Assembly (NCBI GenBank): GCA_039714855.1
Contig: JBDLIL010000002.1
Span: 1-44,406, forward strand
Direction of reading: 5' to 3'
DNA length: 44,406 bases
DNA from: Patescibacteria group bacterium
GTDB taxonomy: Bacteria; Patescibacteriota; Microgenomatia; UBA1400; PJMF01
Part shown: one piece after another, positions 1-8,095 of the stretch
Numbering within the stretch: position 1 is the stretch's first letter
How the letters are laid out: each line of letters opens with the position of its first letter
Position numbers and translations under genes: made by a program
The notes under the pieces: generated by a model
Seen by the model: only the letters and a program-made list of their open reading frames with translations
Database searches by the model: none
What the model was told of the DNA's origin: nothing

Positions 1-66
1 TTTGAAGACCTGGTTAAGCTAATGGTAGAGGCTGAATTAGAATTAGAGTCAAAGACGGATAATTAA
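1..66 (+). CDS. 3' end of a CDS that starts upstream of the window; possibly GDP-mannose 4,6-dehydratase
   Basis: Frame 1 is open from base 1 to TAA at 64-66 and gives FEDLVKLMVEAELELESKTDN*. An F-x-x-L-V-x-x-M-V-x-x-[DE]-L tail is typical of Gmd C-termini. A GDP-fucose synthase gene is present at 32624-33568. Confidence 0.35.
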   Translation, partial: FEDLVKLMVEAELELESKTDN

Positions 67-67
67 T

Positions 68-1252
68 ATGAAAACAGCCACTATTATTATTCCTACCTAT
101 AATGAAAAAGAAAATATCAGCAAGATAGTACCGGTATTGCAAGAAGTTTTTAAAAGCATCAAAAACTGGAATATAAACATATTGGTAGTAGACGATAGCT
201 CACCAGATAAAACTGCCGATGCAGTAAAAAAACTGCAAAAAAAATATAAAAATCTTCATCTTTTGCTAAATAAAAAGAAAGCGGGTTTGGGTAGTGCCTA
301 TTTAAAAGGTATGGCACGCGCCTTTGGAGATTTAAAGGCTGATGTGGCATTTGAGTTTGATGCTGATTTTTCCCACGATCCTAAAAAAATTCCAGAATTA
401 CTAAAGAAAATTGATGAAGGATATGATCTAGTGTTAGGTTCTCGCTATGTCAAAGGTGGCAGTATTCCTGACAATTGGGGCTTACACCGCAAGCTTTTGA
501 GTAGAGTTGGCAATTTAGTAATAATGCTAATTTTGACTGATTTTAGAATTCGCGATTGGACAGCAGGATATAGAGCTATTAGTAAAAAAGTTTATGAGGC
601 AGTTTATAAAGAAATGAGCTCTGAAAGATTTTCTGGTTACACTTTTCAAATAGGGTTTTTGCACAAAACAGTGAGAAAAGGATTTAAGGTAGCTGAAGTG
701 CCAATCAATTTTATAGATAGGACAATAGGTGAATCAAAATTAGGAGCTGAATATATAAAAAATACCTTGATATATATTGTTAAAGTTAGGATTCAGGAAA
801 TAATTAAAAATAGAGTTTTTAAATTTGCTTTTGTAGGGGGTATTGGTACCTTGGTGCAATTGCTTAGTTTGATTATTTTTCGTGCCATATTACCAGAGTT
901 TTCCTGGTTTTTTTGGACAAAGTTTTTGTTGGCTACTTTGATGGCAATAGAAATGGCAATTATTTCTAATTTTATTTGGAATAATTTATGGACTTTTTCT
1001 GATCGCAAGCTAAAAACTTCTCAAATACCTAGCAAATTTATTCAGTTCAATTTAGCTTCTTTGGGCTCAGTATTGATTCAGCTAGTGATAAATTCTAGTG
1101 GAGAGTTCCTCATAGGCTTGCACGACCTTTTCAAATTGCCAATATTGGGTTTTATGGTTGATACAGGTTTAATTTTTGCAATTACCGGGATCATTATTGG
1201 CTTATTTTGGAACTTTTTTGCATACAGCAAGTTTATATGGAGAAAAAAATAA
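68..1252 (+). CDS. GT2 polyprenyl-phosphate hexose synthase (Dpm1/GtrB-like) fused to a C-terminal GtrA-like membrane domain
   Basis: The N-terminus has IIIPTYNEKENI, VVDDSSPDKT, FEFDADFSHDP and GSRYVKGG motifs of the dolichyl/undecaprenyl-phosphate sugar synthase type. The C-terminal ~140 aa (FKFAFVGGIGTLVQL...NFFAYSKFIW) has 4 hydrophobic helices typical of GtrA. Confidence 0.8.
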   Translation: MKTATIIIPTYNEKENISKIVPVLQEVFKSIKNWNINILVVDDSSPDKTADAVKKLQKKYKNLHLLLNKKKAGLGSAYLKGMARAFGDLKADVAFEFDADFSHDPKKIPELLKKIDEGYDLVLGSRYVKGGSIPDNWGLHRKLLSRVGNLVIMLILTDFRIRDWTAGYRAISKKVYEAVYKEMSSERFSGYTFQIGFLHKTVRKGFKVAEVPINFIDRTIGESKLGAEYIKNTLIYIVKVRIQEIIKNRVFKFAFVGGIGTLVQLLSLIIFRAILPEFSWFFWTKFLLATLMAIEMAIISNFIWNNLWTFSDRKLKTSQIPSKFIQFNLASLGSVLIQLVINSSGEFLIGLHDLFKLPILGFMVDTGLIFAITGIIIGLFWNFFAYSKFIWRKK

Positions 1253-2745
1253 CTAAACTGCCCTTATCTAATTATTTAGCAATAGTAATAATTTTAATTG
1301 CGACTTTTTTTCGTCTTTACAATCTTCCCAACACATTAATGTTCCAAGGTGATCAGGGCAGAGACGCCATCATTGTAGTCAATATGCTTAGGGATTTTGA
1401 TCCTGTGTTTATCGGTCCTGTAGCTAGTGTTGGCAACCTATATTTGGGTCCTCTTTATTACTACTTTATGTTGCCATTTTTATTTTTGAGTTTTCCTAGT
1501 CCCTTAGGTCCAGCTTATGCAGTAGCAGTGCTTGGGATAGCAGCTGTTGCCTTGGTTTATCTGTTGGGCAAAAGAATGTTTGGAACTGTGACGGCTTTAT
1601 TTGCAGCTACTTTTTTGGCATTTAATTCCATCGCTATAGAATATTCTAGATTTTCCTGGAATCCCAATCCAGCTCCATTTGTGTCAATTTTGATGATTTA
1701 TTTTACTTTTATGGCTTGGAAAAAATCTCCTAAATATTGGGTTGCTGTAGCTATTTGTTTTAGTGTTCTCATTCAGTTGCATTATGTATTTTTACTTTCG
1801 GCTGCAGGAGCAGGCATTATTTGGCTTTTGCAGTTATTTGAAATAATAAAAATTAAAAACAAAAAAATAATGCATTTAATATTAGCGACTTTGTTTTCGG
1901 CTCTTATCTTTCTTTTATTTTTGTTGCCTCTGATTCTTTTTGATATCAGGCATGATTATCTAAATACTAAGGCATTTTTGGCCATGTTTACCCAAGAAGA
2001 AGCTATGAAGCAAACAGGCGGCTTACTTGCCACTTTGAAGGAAACTCATGGCAGGGGCATGCATATTTTGTTTGAGATTAGTATCGGCAAAAATAGGGCA
2101 CTAAATAGCGCTTTATATTATTTGGCCATAATAAGCTCGCTAGTCATAGCTTTTGATAAAGTTATGAGACAGGGTTACAAAAAAAATAAAGCCTTAATAG
2201 TTTTACTGAGTTTTCTATTTACTGGAATTTTAGGAACAGCTTTTTATAAACATAGTGTTTTTCATCATTATATCCTGTATTTATTTCCAGTGACTTTTTT
2301 GCTGTATGGATTTCTATCAGCCCAGCTTTGGAAGAAGAAAATATTAAGAGTTTTGCCTTTAGGTTTTTTAGCTTTTTTTATATATTTCAATTATTTCAGA
2401 TATCCTTTAGAAGATTTAGGTTGGACTATTAAAGATTACAAGCGTAGTTCTCAAAGTATAATTGATAGAGTAGAAGTAGGAGAAAAATATAATATTGTTT
2501 TACTTTCAGAATCCAAAGATTTGTATGGACAGAGTTATAGATATTTTTTAGAAACCAGTGATAGAAGGCCTGTAGATCCTGAAGAATTTTCTCAAGCAGA
2601 AACTCTTTTCATAATTAATGAAAATCAAAAAGGTAAAGATATTTTAAATTTACCAATATATGAAATTCAAACTTTTCCCAACAAAAAAATATTTGAAGAG
2701 TATAATATTACAGATGGGCCAGAAATTATCATCTTAAAAAGATAA
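1237..2745 (+). CDS. Polytopic membrane glycosyltransferase, GT-C fold (GT39/ArnT-like) with a C-terminal soluble domain
   Basis: More than 10 hydrophobic segments, with a first-loop acidic motif FQGDQGRDA. I prefer the ATG at 1237 over the TTG at 1207 used in the ORF track. It overlaps the upstream GT2-GtrA gene by 16 nt. Confidence 0.6.
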   Translation: MEKKITKLPLSNYLAIVIILIATFFRLYNLPNTLMFQGDQGRDAIIVVNMLRDFDPVFIGPVASVGNLYLGPLYYYFMLPFLFLSFPSPLGPAYAVAVLGIAAVALVYLLGKRMFGTVTALFAATFLAFNSIAIEYSRFSWNPNPAPFVSILMIYFTFMAWKKSPKYWVAVAICFSVLIQLHYVFLLSAAGAGIIWLLQLFEIIKIKNKKIMHLILATLFSALIFLLFLLPLILFDIRHDYLNTKAFLAMFTQEEAMKQTGGLLATLKETHGRGMHILFEISIGKNRALNSALYYLAIISSLVIAFDKVMRQGYKKNKALIVLLSFLFTGILGTAFYKHSVFHHYILYLFPVTFLLYGFLSAQLWKKKILRVLPLGFLAFFIYFNYFRYPLEDLGWTIKDYKRSSQSIIDRVEVGEKYNIVLLSESKDLYGQSYRYFLETSDRRPVDPEEFSQAETLFIINENQKGKDILNLPIYEIQTFPNKKIFEEYNITDGPEIIILKR

Positions 2746-2754
2746 AGTAGTTTT

Positions 2755-3516
2755 ATGTCAAAAATTTATTTATCAGTCGTAATTCCTTCTTACAATGAAG
2801 ATAAGAATTTTAAAAGAGGGGTTTTGGATGAAGTTTTGGCTTATTTAAAAAAGCAAGATTATACTTGGGAGCTAATTTTATCTGATGATGGTTCAAAAAA
2901 AAGCTTTGTAGAAAAGCTGGAAAATTTTGCCAACAAAAACAAGCATGTAAAATTATTGAAAAATATTCACGCAGGTAAATCTGCAGCTGTAAAAAGCGGT
3001 ATTTTAGCTGCTAATGGAGATTGGAGGCTTTTTACCGATTTTGATCAATCAACTCCTTTGAGTGAAATTGAGAAGCTTTTTAGGTACGCCAACAATTCCT
3101 ATGACGTGATTATAGGTTCTAGAGAGATGATAGGTTCCAAGAGGGCTAAAGAGCCTTGGTACAGACATTTGATGGGTAGAGTTTTTAATTTAGTGGTGCA
3201 AACTCTGACCATTCCTGGAATTCTTGATACTCAGTGCGGTTTTAAGCTTTTTTCTAGAGAAGCTGCTGAAAAACTTTTTTCTTCTTTGGTTGTTTATGGC
3301 GATCAAGGAGAAAGATCCAATGCTTTTACTGGAGCTTTTGATGTAGAGGCCTTGTATTTGGCCAAAAAATTTGCTTATAAAATTAGAGAAGTACCAATAA
3401 TCTGGAAGCACTACGAGACCGACAGAGTAAATCCAATAAAGGATTCTGTTCTTATGTTTTTTGATATTTTGAAAATTCGTTTGGCTGAAATGAGAGGCTT
3501 ATACAAACAAGCATGA
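2755..3516 (+). CDS. GT2, polyprenyl-phosphate beta-glucosyltransferase-like (Alg5/GtrB type)
   Basis: Motifs SVVIPSYNEDKN, LSDDGSKK, GKSAAVKSG, FTDFDQSTP and GSRE...QCGFKLF match this type. It is a short soluble GT-A enzyme. Confidence 0.7.
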   Translation: MSKIYLSVVIPSYNEDKNFKRGVLDEVLAYLKKQDYTWELILSDDGSKKSFVEKLENFANKNKHVKLLKNIHAGKSAAVKSGILAANGDWRLFTDFDQSTPLSEIEKLFRYANNSYDVIIGSREMIGSKRAKEPWYRHLMGRVFNLVVQTLTIPGILDTQCGFKLFSREAAEKLFSSLVVYGDQGERSNAFTGAFDVEALYLAKKFAYKIREVPIIWKHYETDRVNPIKDSVLMFFDILKIRLAEMRGLYKQA

Positions 3517-4808
3517 GATTATTTATTCTATATTTTTTACTTTTGATTTTTTATGCTGTTTTTTCTTATTCTCTTACTGCTCCAAATTTAGTTTTAAGCT
3601 CTTGGGAACCTTATTGGAATTTTCAAAGCTTTATGTGGGAGACATTTTTTAATAATAGACAACTGTTGACATGTTCATACTTGATTTTAATTTCATCCCT
3701 ATTTTTAGCTTATTTATTGTTAGTAAAAAAAATTAAAGATCAAAAAATAAAAGTTAAAAGTTTTGCTTTCTTGTTTTTTATTCTTTGTCTTCCATTGTTG
3801 TTCTCTAATAATGCTCTTTCTTATGATGTCTTTAATTACATGTTTAATGCCAAAGAAGTGATTTTGTATAGAGGCAATCCTCACATTCAAATTCCTCTAG
3901 ATTTTCCTCAAGATGATTGGCTCAGGTTTATGCACAATACTCACACTCCAGCTCCTTATGGCTATGGCTGGACAGCGATATCACTAATTCCTTATGTATT
4001 GGGAATGGGGAAATTTCTACCCACTTGGGTTATATTTAGACTCACTAGTTTTTTAAGCATAATTTTATTATTTTTTGCTATCAAATATTTGGCAAAAAAA
4101 CTAAGTTTAAAATTAGATACCTATCACTACGCTATTTTATTTTTAAATCCACTATTTTTAATAGAGATTATTAGCAATTCCCACAATGATCTTTGGATGA
4201 TGGCGCCGGCACTTACTTCGCTAGCGCTTGTAAATAAACAAGAATCACCAAGCACAAAACAACAAACAAACTTTAAATTTCAAATAGCAAAAATATTTAT
4301 TTCTTTGTTATTATTAATCTTTTCTATATCTATTAAGCTGTCAACTCTGGTTTTAGTGCCGATATGGTTATTCTTAATTTTTAAAAATTTGGAAATTAGT
4401 AATTGGAAATTGTTTGGGTTTTTGGATTTGTTATTTGGAATTTTAAAAAAGCATGTAATTTTACTTAGTTCTATTTTGCTTTTTATACCTCTTTTTACAG
4501 AGCGCTCTAAACAATTTTTACCCTGGTATTTACTCTGGTCTTTGGTTTGGATTCCACTTATAGAAGTAAAAATTCAAAATTCAAAATTCAAAACACTGTA
4601 TTTCATTGACAATTATTGGGTAAGTTTGCTTTTAATTTTTAGTTTTACTGCTATGTTGCGCTACACAGCATATTTGTGGTTTGGAACTTATGAGGGTTTT
4701 GTGCCACTGTGGCAAAAGTTTATCACTTGGAGTGCTTTGCCAATTTATTTAATTTGGCTTCTAGTTTTTAAATACAAAAAGAGTTTAAAGACTGTGAGAG
4801 ATTTATAG
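3513..4808 (+). CDS. Polytopic membrane protein, candidate GT-C mannosyltransferase (MptB/GT87, DUF2029-like)
   Basis: ATGA overlap with the upstream GT2. Loop motif SYDVFNYMFNAKEVILYRGNPH followed by HTPAPYGYGW resembles the S-x-D-V-x-x-Y...NPY...YGP signature of polyprenyl-P-mannose-dependent GT-C enzymes. About 11 transmembrane segments. Confidence 0.45.
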   Translation: MRLFILYFLLLIFYAVFSYSLTAPNLVLSSWEPYWNFQSFMWETFFNNRQLLTCSYLILISSLFLAYLLLVKKIKDQKIKVKSFAFLFFILCLPLLFSNNALSYDVFNYMFNAKEVILYRGNPHIQIPLDFPQDDWLRFMHNTHTPAPYGYGWTAISLIPYVLGMGKFLPTWVIFRLTSFLSIILLFFAIKYLAKKLSLKLDTYHYAILFLNPLFLIEIISNSHNDLWMMAPALTSLALVNKQESPSTKQQTNFKFQIAKIFISLLLLIFSISIKLSTLVLVPIWLFLIFKNLEISNWKLFGFLDLLFGILKKHVILLSSILLFIPLFTERSKQFLPWYLLWSLVWIPLIEVKIQNSKFKTLYFIDNYWVSLLLIFSFTAMLRYTAYLWFGTYEGFVPLWQKFITWSALPIYLIWLLVFKYKKSLKTVRDL

Positions 4809-5667
4809 CACCAATTGCTTTTTTAACATTTGTTAGCTCAAAATGAATCTCACTCTTTAGTTTATTGCAATCCATGGCAGTGTTTTTTTGCAATGGCCTG
4901 CTAGCTGTTTTTAAATATTTTTCTAAACTACCTTGCTTAATTTCAAGATCAAGATTCAAAGTTTCATTAATTAATGTTCCAAATTCGTAATCACTAAATT
5001 TTTCGCCACTGCTAGCGTGGTAAAGACCAGTAGTATTTGTTCTAATTACCCAGTCTATGATTCGTGCAAAGTCATCGATATAAGTAGGGCCAAAATAATG
5101 ATCGGTAAATAGTGGAATATTATTTTTAATACTCTGAATAGTTTTTCTCACTTGGTCGGGTTTTTCAAAACTATCTGATCTAAATGGTGTGTCTATTCTT
5201 AAAATAGTATGTTTAATGCCTGAATTTAAAATAGCCTGTTCTGCTAGATATTTTGTTTTCCCGTACCACTCTATGGGGTTAGGATTATCTTTTTCTGTAT
5301 ATAGATCTTCTTTTTCGCCATCAAATACGTACGCGGTGGAGATGTGGATTAAGTGCTTGCCAGTAGCTTCAGCAGCTTCAACAACGTTGCTGGCTCCATA
5401 AACATTAACTCGATAAGCGCTGCCATCTTTGTCACCAGCTTGCTTCCAGGCTTCAGAAACGTTGGTAAAAGCGGCCATGTTTATTACAAAAGGAGCGCTG
5501 AACTCTTCAAATGCGTTTCTGAGTTGAATATAGTCTGTTATATCTACTGGATTTTTAGGATCATTACGATCAAGATTTATAAAATCGTATTCATGAGAAA
5601 AGTCTTTTATTAGCTTGGAGCCAACCAGGCCATTGCCGCCAGTGATTAGAATCTGATTTTTTGTCAT
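4768..5667 (-). CDS. rfbD: dTDP-4-dehydrorhamnose reductase-like SDR (RmlD family)
   Basis: GGNGLVGSKL Rossmann motif. HISTAYVFDG...YGKTKYLAEQ matches the RmlD STDYVFDG / YGxxK signature. It lies directly downstream of rfbB. Confidence 0.65.
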   Translation of the reverse strand: MTKNQILITGGNGLVGSKLIKDFSHEYDFINLDRNDPKNPVDITDYIQLRNAFEEFSAPFVINMAAFTNVSEAWKQAGDKDGSAYRVNVYGASNVVEAAEATGKHLIHISTAYVFDGEKEDLYTEKDNPNPIEWYGKTKYLAEQAILNSGIKHTILRIDTPFRSDSFEKPDQVRKTIQSIKNNIPLFTDHYFGPTYIDDFARIIDWVIRTNTTGLYHASSGEKFSDYEFGTLINETLNLDLEIKQGSLEKYLKTASRPLQKNTAMDCNKLKSEIHFELTNVKKAIGAINLSQSLNSFCI

Positions 5668-5670
5668 AGC

Positions 5671-6690
5671 TTAATTTGAATAATTTTTTTTAAAAAAATC
5701 ACCGGCTTTCTCTTTAAGTGGTTTCCACCAGGATTCATTATTTAAATACCAATCAATGGTTTTTTGCATTCCTTCTTCTAGGCTTACTGATGGCTTCCAG
5801 TCAAGTTCCTGGTTAATTTTACTCCAGTCAACGGCGTAGCGCCTATCATGACCAGCTCTATCTTTAACAAAATCAATCATATCTTCCGATTTATCCATAA
5901 GCCCAATCAGCATTCTTACTAAATCTAGATTTGAAACATCATCACTTAGGCCACCAATCATGTAAGTTTCACCTATTTTGCCACTCTCAAGGATCAAGTC
6001 GATAGCTCGACAATGATCTTGCACATAGAGCCAATCGCGGACATTTTTACCATCACCATAAACTGGTACTTTTTTATTTTCCATCAGATTTGAGATAGCC
6101 AGAGGGATGAGTTTTTCAGGGTGTTGATATTCACCATAATTATTTGAGCAATTACTCAAGGTAAATTTGAGACCATAGGTTTCTCCATAGGCGCGCACCA
6201 AGTGATCGCTACCAGCTTTGCTGGCAGAATATGGACTTCTGGGATCATAAGGAGTAGATTCAGTGAATTTTTGATTTGACCCCAATTCTAAGGAGCCAAA
6301 GACCTCATCAGTAGAGATATGATGGAATTTATCAATCTTGTTTTTTAATGCAGATTCCAATAGCACTTGAGTGCCTAAAACATTGGTGTTTACAAATTGA
6401 CTTGGATTGAGAATAGATCGATCTACGTGAGATTCGGCCGCAAAATGAACGACAGTATCTACGTCGTCCATAATTTTATCTACTAATTCTCTATCAGTAA
6501 TATCACCTTGAACAAAACTATAATTGGCATTATTTTCTATTGACTCTAGAGTTTTTAGGTTGGCAGCATAAGTTAATATATCCAGATTAATAATTTTAGC
6601 ATTGGGGTGCTCTTTAAGATAATAAAGAATAAAGTTAGAGCCAATAAAACCGGCACCTCCAGTAAGCAAAATTTTAGATGAATTTTTCAT
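5671..6690 (-). CDS. rfbB: dTDP-glucose 4,6-dehydratase
   Basis: TGGAGFIGSNF, HFAAESHVDRS, HISTDEVFG, YSASKAGSDHLVRAY, SNCSNNYGEYQHPEKLIP and RDWLYVQDHC are canonical RmlB motifs found across the full length. Confidence 0.93.
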   Translation of the reverse strand: MKNSSKILLTGGAGFIGSNFILYYLKEHPNAKIINLDILTYAANLKTLESIENNANYSFVQGDITDRELVDKIMDDVDTVVHFAAESHVDRSILNPSQFVNTNVLGTQVLLESALKNKIDKFHHISTDEVFGSLELGSNQKFTESTPYDPRSPYSASKAGSDHLVRAYGETYGLKFTLSNCSNNYGEYQHPEKLIPLAISNLMENKKVPVYGDGKNVRDWLYVQDHCRAIDLILESGKIGETYMIGGLSDDVSNLDLVRMLIGLMDKSEDMIDFVKDRAGHDRRYAVDWSKINQELDWKPSVSLEEGMQKTIDWYLNNESWWKPLKEKAGDFFKKNYSN

Positions 6691-6707
6691 AATATTTAAT
6701 TTTAATT

Positions 6708-6923
6708 TTATAAATTATCGTTTCTTCGCGAAATATCTATTAATTCTTGAGTTTTTTCTACTCCCAAAGAACTTCTAACTCTAACATATCTGTCTTCCAA
6801 TCTTTTGTATCTCTTTAATTCAAGTTCAAAAAGGTTTTTATAATAAGCAGCAACAAAAGACAAGATAATTACTATTACAATCAGGCTACGAATAATGTTT
6901 TTTGAAGATATGATTTGTTTCAT
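6708..6923 (-). CDS. Small single-pass membrane protein with a charged helical tail (function unknown)
   Basis: Its ATG overlaps the LCP gene stop as ATGA (6920-6923), which suggests translational coupling. One hydrophobic helix (LIVIVIILSFVAAYY) is followed by a charged region. Confidence 0.5.
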   Translation of the reverse strand: MKQIISSKNIIRSLIVIVIILSFVAAYYKNLFELELKRYKRLEDRYVRVRSSLGVEKTQELIDISRRNDNL

Positions 6924-8032
6924 AAATTTAGTTTATTTTTTACTTCTTCTTTAAATTTTAATTCATCTCTTATGATATAAACCCATTGATTGTTATAATT
7001 TTTAGTATTTGGATGAGTTATTACACCCGTATTTTCATCTGGGTAAATTGATAGTGATTGGCCAGAGAATTCGATATTATTTCTTTGCGGAATTAGAGTT
7101 CTGATGATGTTAGTTAATTCAATGCTGCTTAAATATTGATCAAAATTATTTTGATAAAAAACATAAAGTTTGCCAAGAGTACGCATGTTTTTGAGAGTGT
7201 TTGCACTGCTTAGTTGAGAGATTAAGCTAGAAATTACTTGTTGTTGACGCTCGCTGCGAGCCAAATCTGTTCCTTCGTCTCCTTCTGAGTGTCTACTACG
7301 AATATATTTTAGGGCTCTTTCACCAGACATTCTTTCTTTGCCTTTTTCAAAACTCACAGTTTCGTAAAGCTCTTCTTCATTTTTTGAACTAATGTCAGCA
7401 TTAGTTCTAGGAAATTTATTATCAATAAAACTCTCTTTAATTTCAATATCAACACCACCGACCAAATCTATCATTTGAGCTAATTGATTCAAAGTGAGAA
7501 CAATACTATTATTAATTTCCAGATCAGCTAATTGAGAAATCACATCTTGAGGAAATTTTTCAGGTTTTTCTAGATCCCTTTCTTGACCGTAAATATAGAG
7601 AGCATTAATTTTTGTTTTATACTCCTCTGACCACAAATCCCTAGGGATAGGCAAAGTATATATCTTGCCTGAATTTAAATCGATGGAAAGCAGCATCATG
7701 CTGTCAGTAAAAACAGGATGATCTTCTCTGTTGGAAATCTCATCTGAGCCAAGTAAAAGTATATTTTTTCTAACACCTTTAGCAATTGGCTCTTGTTTGA
7801 GTGTTTTTGTAGCAATTTCTTTTAATTCAGACCAGCTAAGATTGGCAGCAGTTCGAAATTGATTTGTTTTGTATAGAGCAATTGATCCGAGAATTATAAT
7901 GCTGCCGAAAAGAAAGATAAACAAAAAAAACAAAGTATATCCCAATGATTTTATCCAAATTTGAGATGCTAATTTTTTATATCCAGATTGAAGTTCTTCA
8001 GCTTCTTTGGTATCACTTGTAGTTGTGTTCAT
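6920..8032 (-). CDS. LytR-CpsA-Psr (LCP) family glycopolymer-to-peptidoglycan ligase
   Basis: N-terminal transmembrane anchor followed by LLLGSD, DSMMLLSIDL, LPIPRDLW, GGVDIEI, ALKYIRSRH and RSERQQQVI, which are LCP core motifs. Confidence 0.88.
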   Translation of the reverse strand: MNTTTSDTKEAEELQSGYKKLASQIWIKSLGYTLFFLFIFLFGSIIILGSIALYKTNQFRTAANLSWSELKEIATKTLKQEPIAKGVRKNILLLGSDEISNREDHPVFTDSMMLLSIDLNSGKIYTLPIPRDLWSEEYKTKINALYIYGQERDLEKPEKFPQDVISQLADLEINNSIVLTLNQLAQMIDLVGGVDIEIKESFIDNKFPRTNADISSKNEEELYETVSFEKGKERMSGERALKYIRSRHSEGDEGTDLARSERQQQVISSLISQLSSANTLKNMRTLGKLYVFYQNNFDQYLSSIELTNIIRTLIPQRNNIEFSGQSLSIYPDENTGVITHPNTKNYNNQWVYIIRDELKFKEEVKNKLNL

Positions 8033-8083
8033 ATCCTACACTAGAGTATAAGTTATCGCGCTACAAAAACAAAGCTTTTTTAG

Positions 8084-8089
8084 TACAAT
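8084..8089 (+). promoter_or_regulatory. -10-like hexamer TACAAT placed 6 nt before the ATG at 8096 (possible leaderless transcript)
   Basis: TACAAT is followed by the 6-nt spacer gaataa and then ATG. No Shine-Dalgarno sequence. It lies in the 63-nt divergent intergenic region. Confidence 0.3.
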
Positions 8090-8095
8090 GAATAA

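Noticed and set aside
1207-1236. Longer N-termini from TTG/GTG starts in the ORF track (1207, 15142, 28682, 33540, 40825).
   Set aside because: In each case an in-frame ATG a few codons downstream gives a conventional N-terminus and a shorter, often ATGA-type, overlap with the upstream gene. The true starts remain unverified.
4569-4592. The heptanucleotide AAAATTC repeated about 3.5 times inside the membrane-protein gene 3513-4808. I considered it as a slipped-strand phase-variation tract.
   Set aside because: Three copies are too few for efficient slippage. The tract is in frame (KIQNSKFKT), and similar short A/T-rich repeats are expected by chance in this composition.
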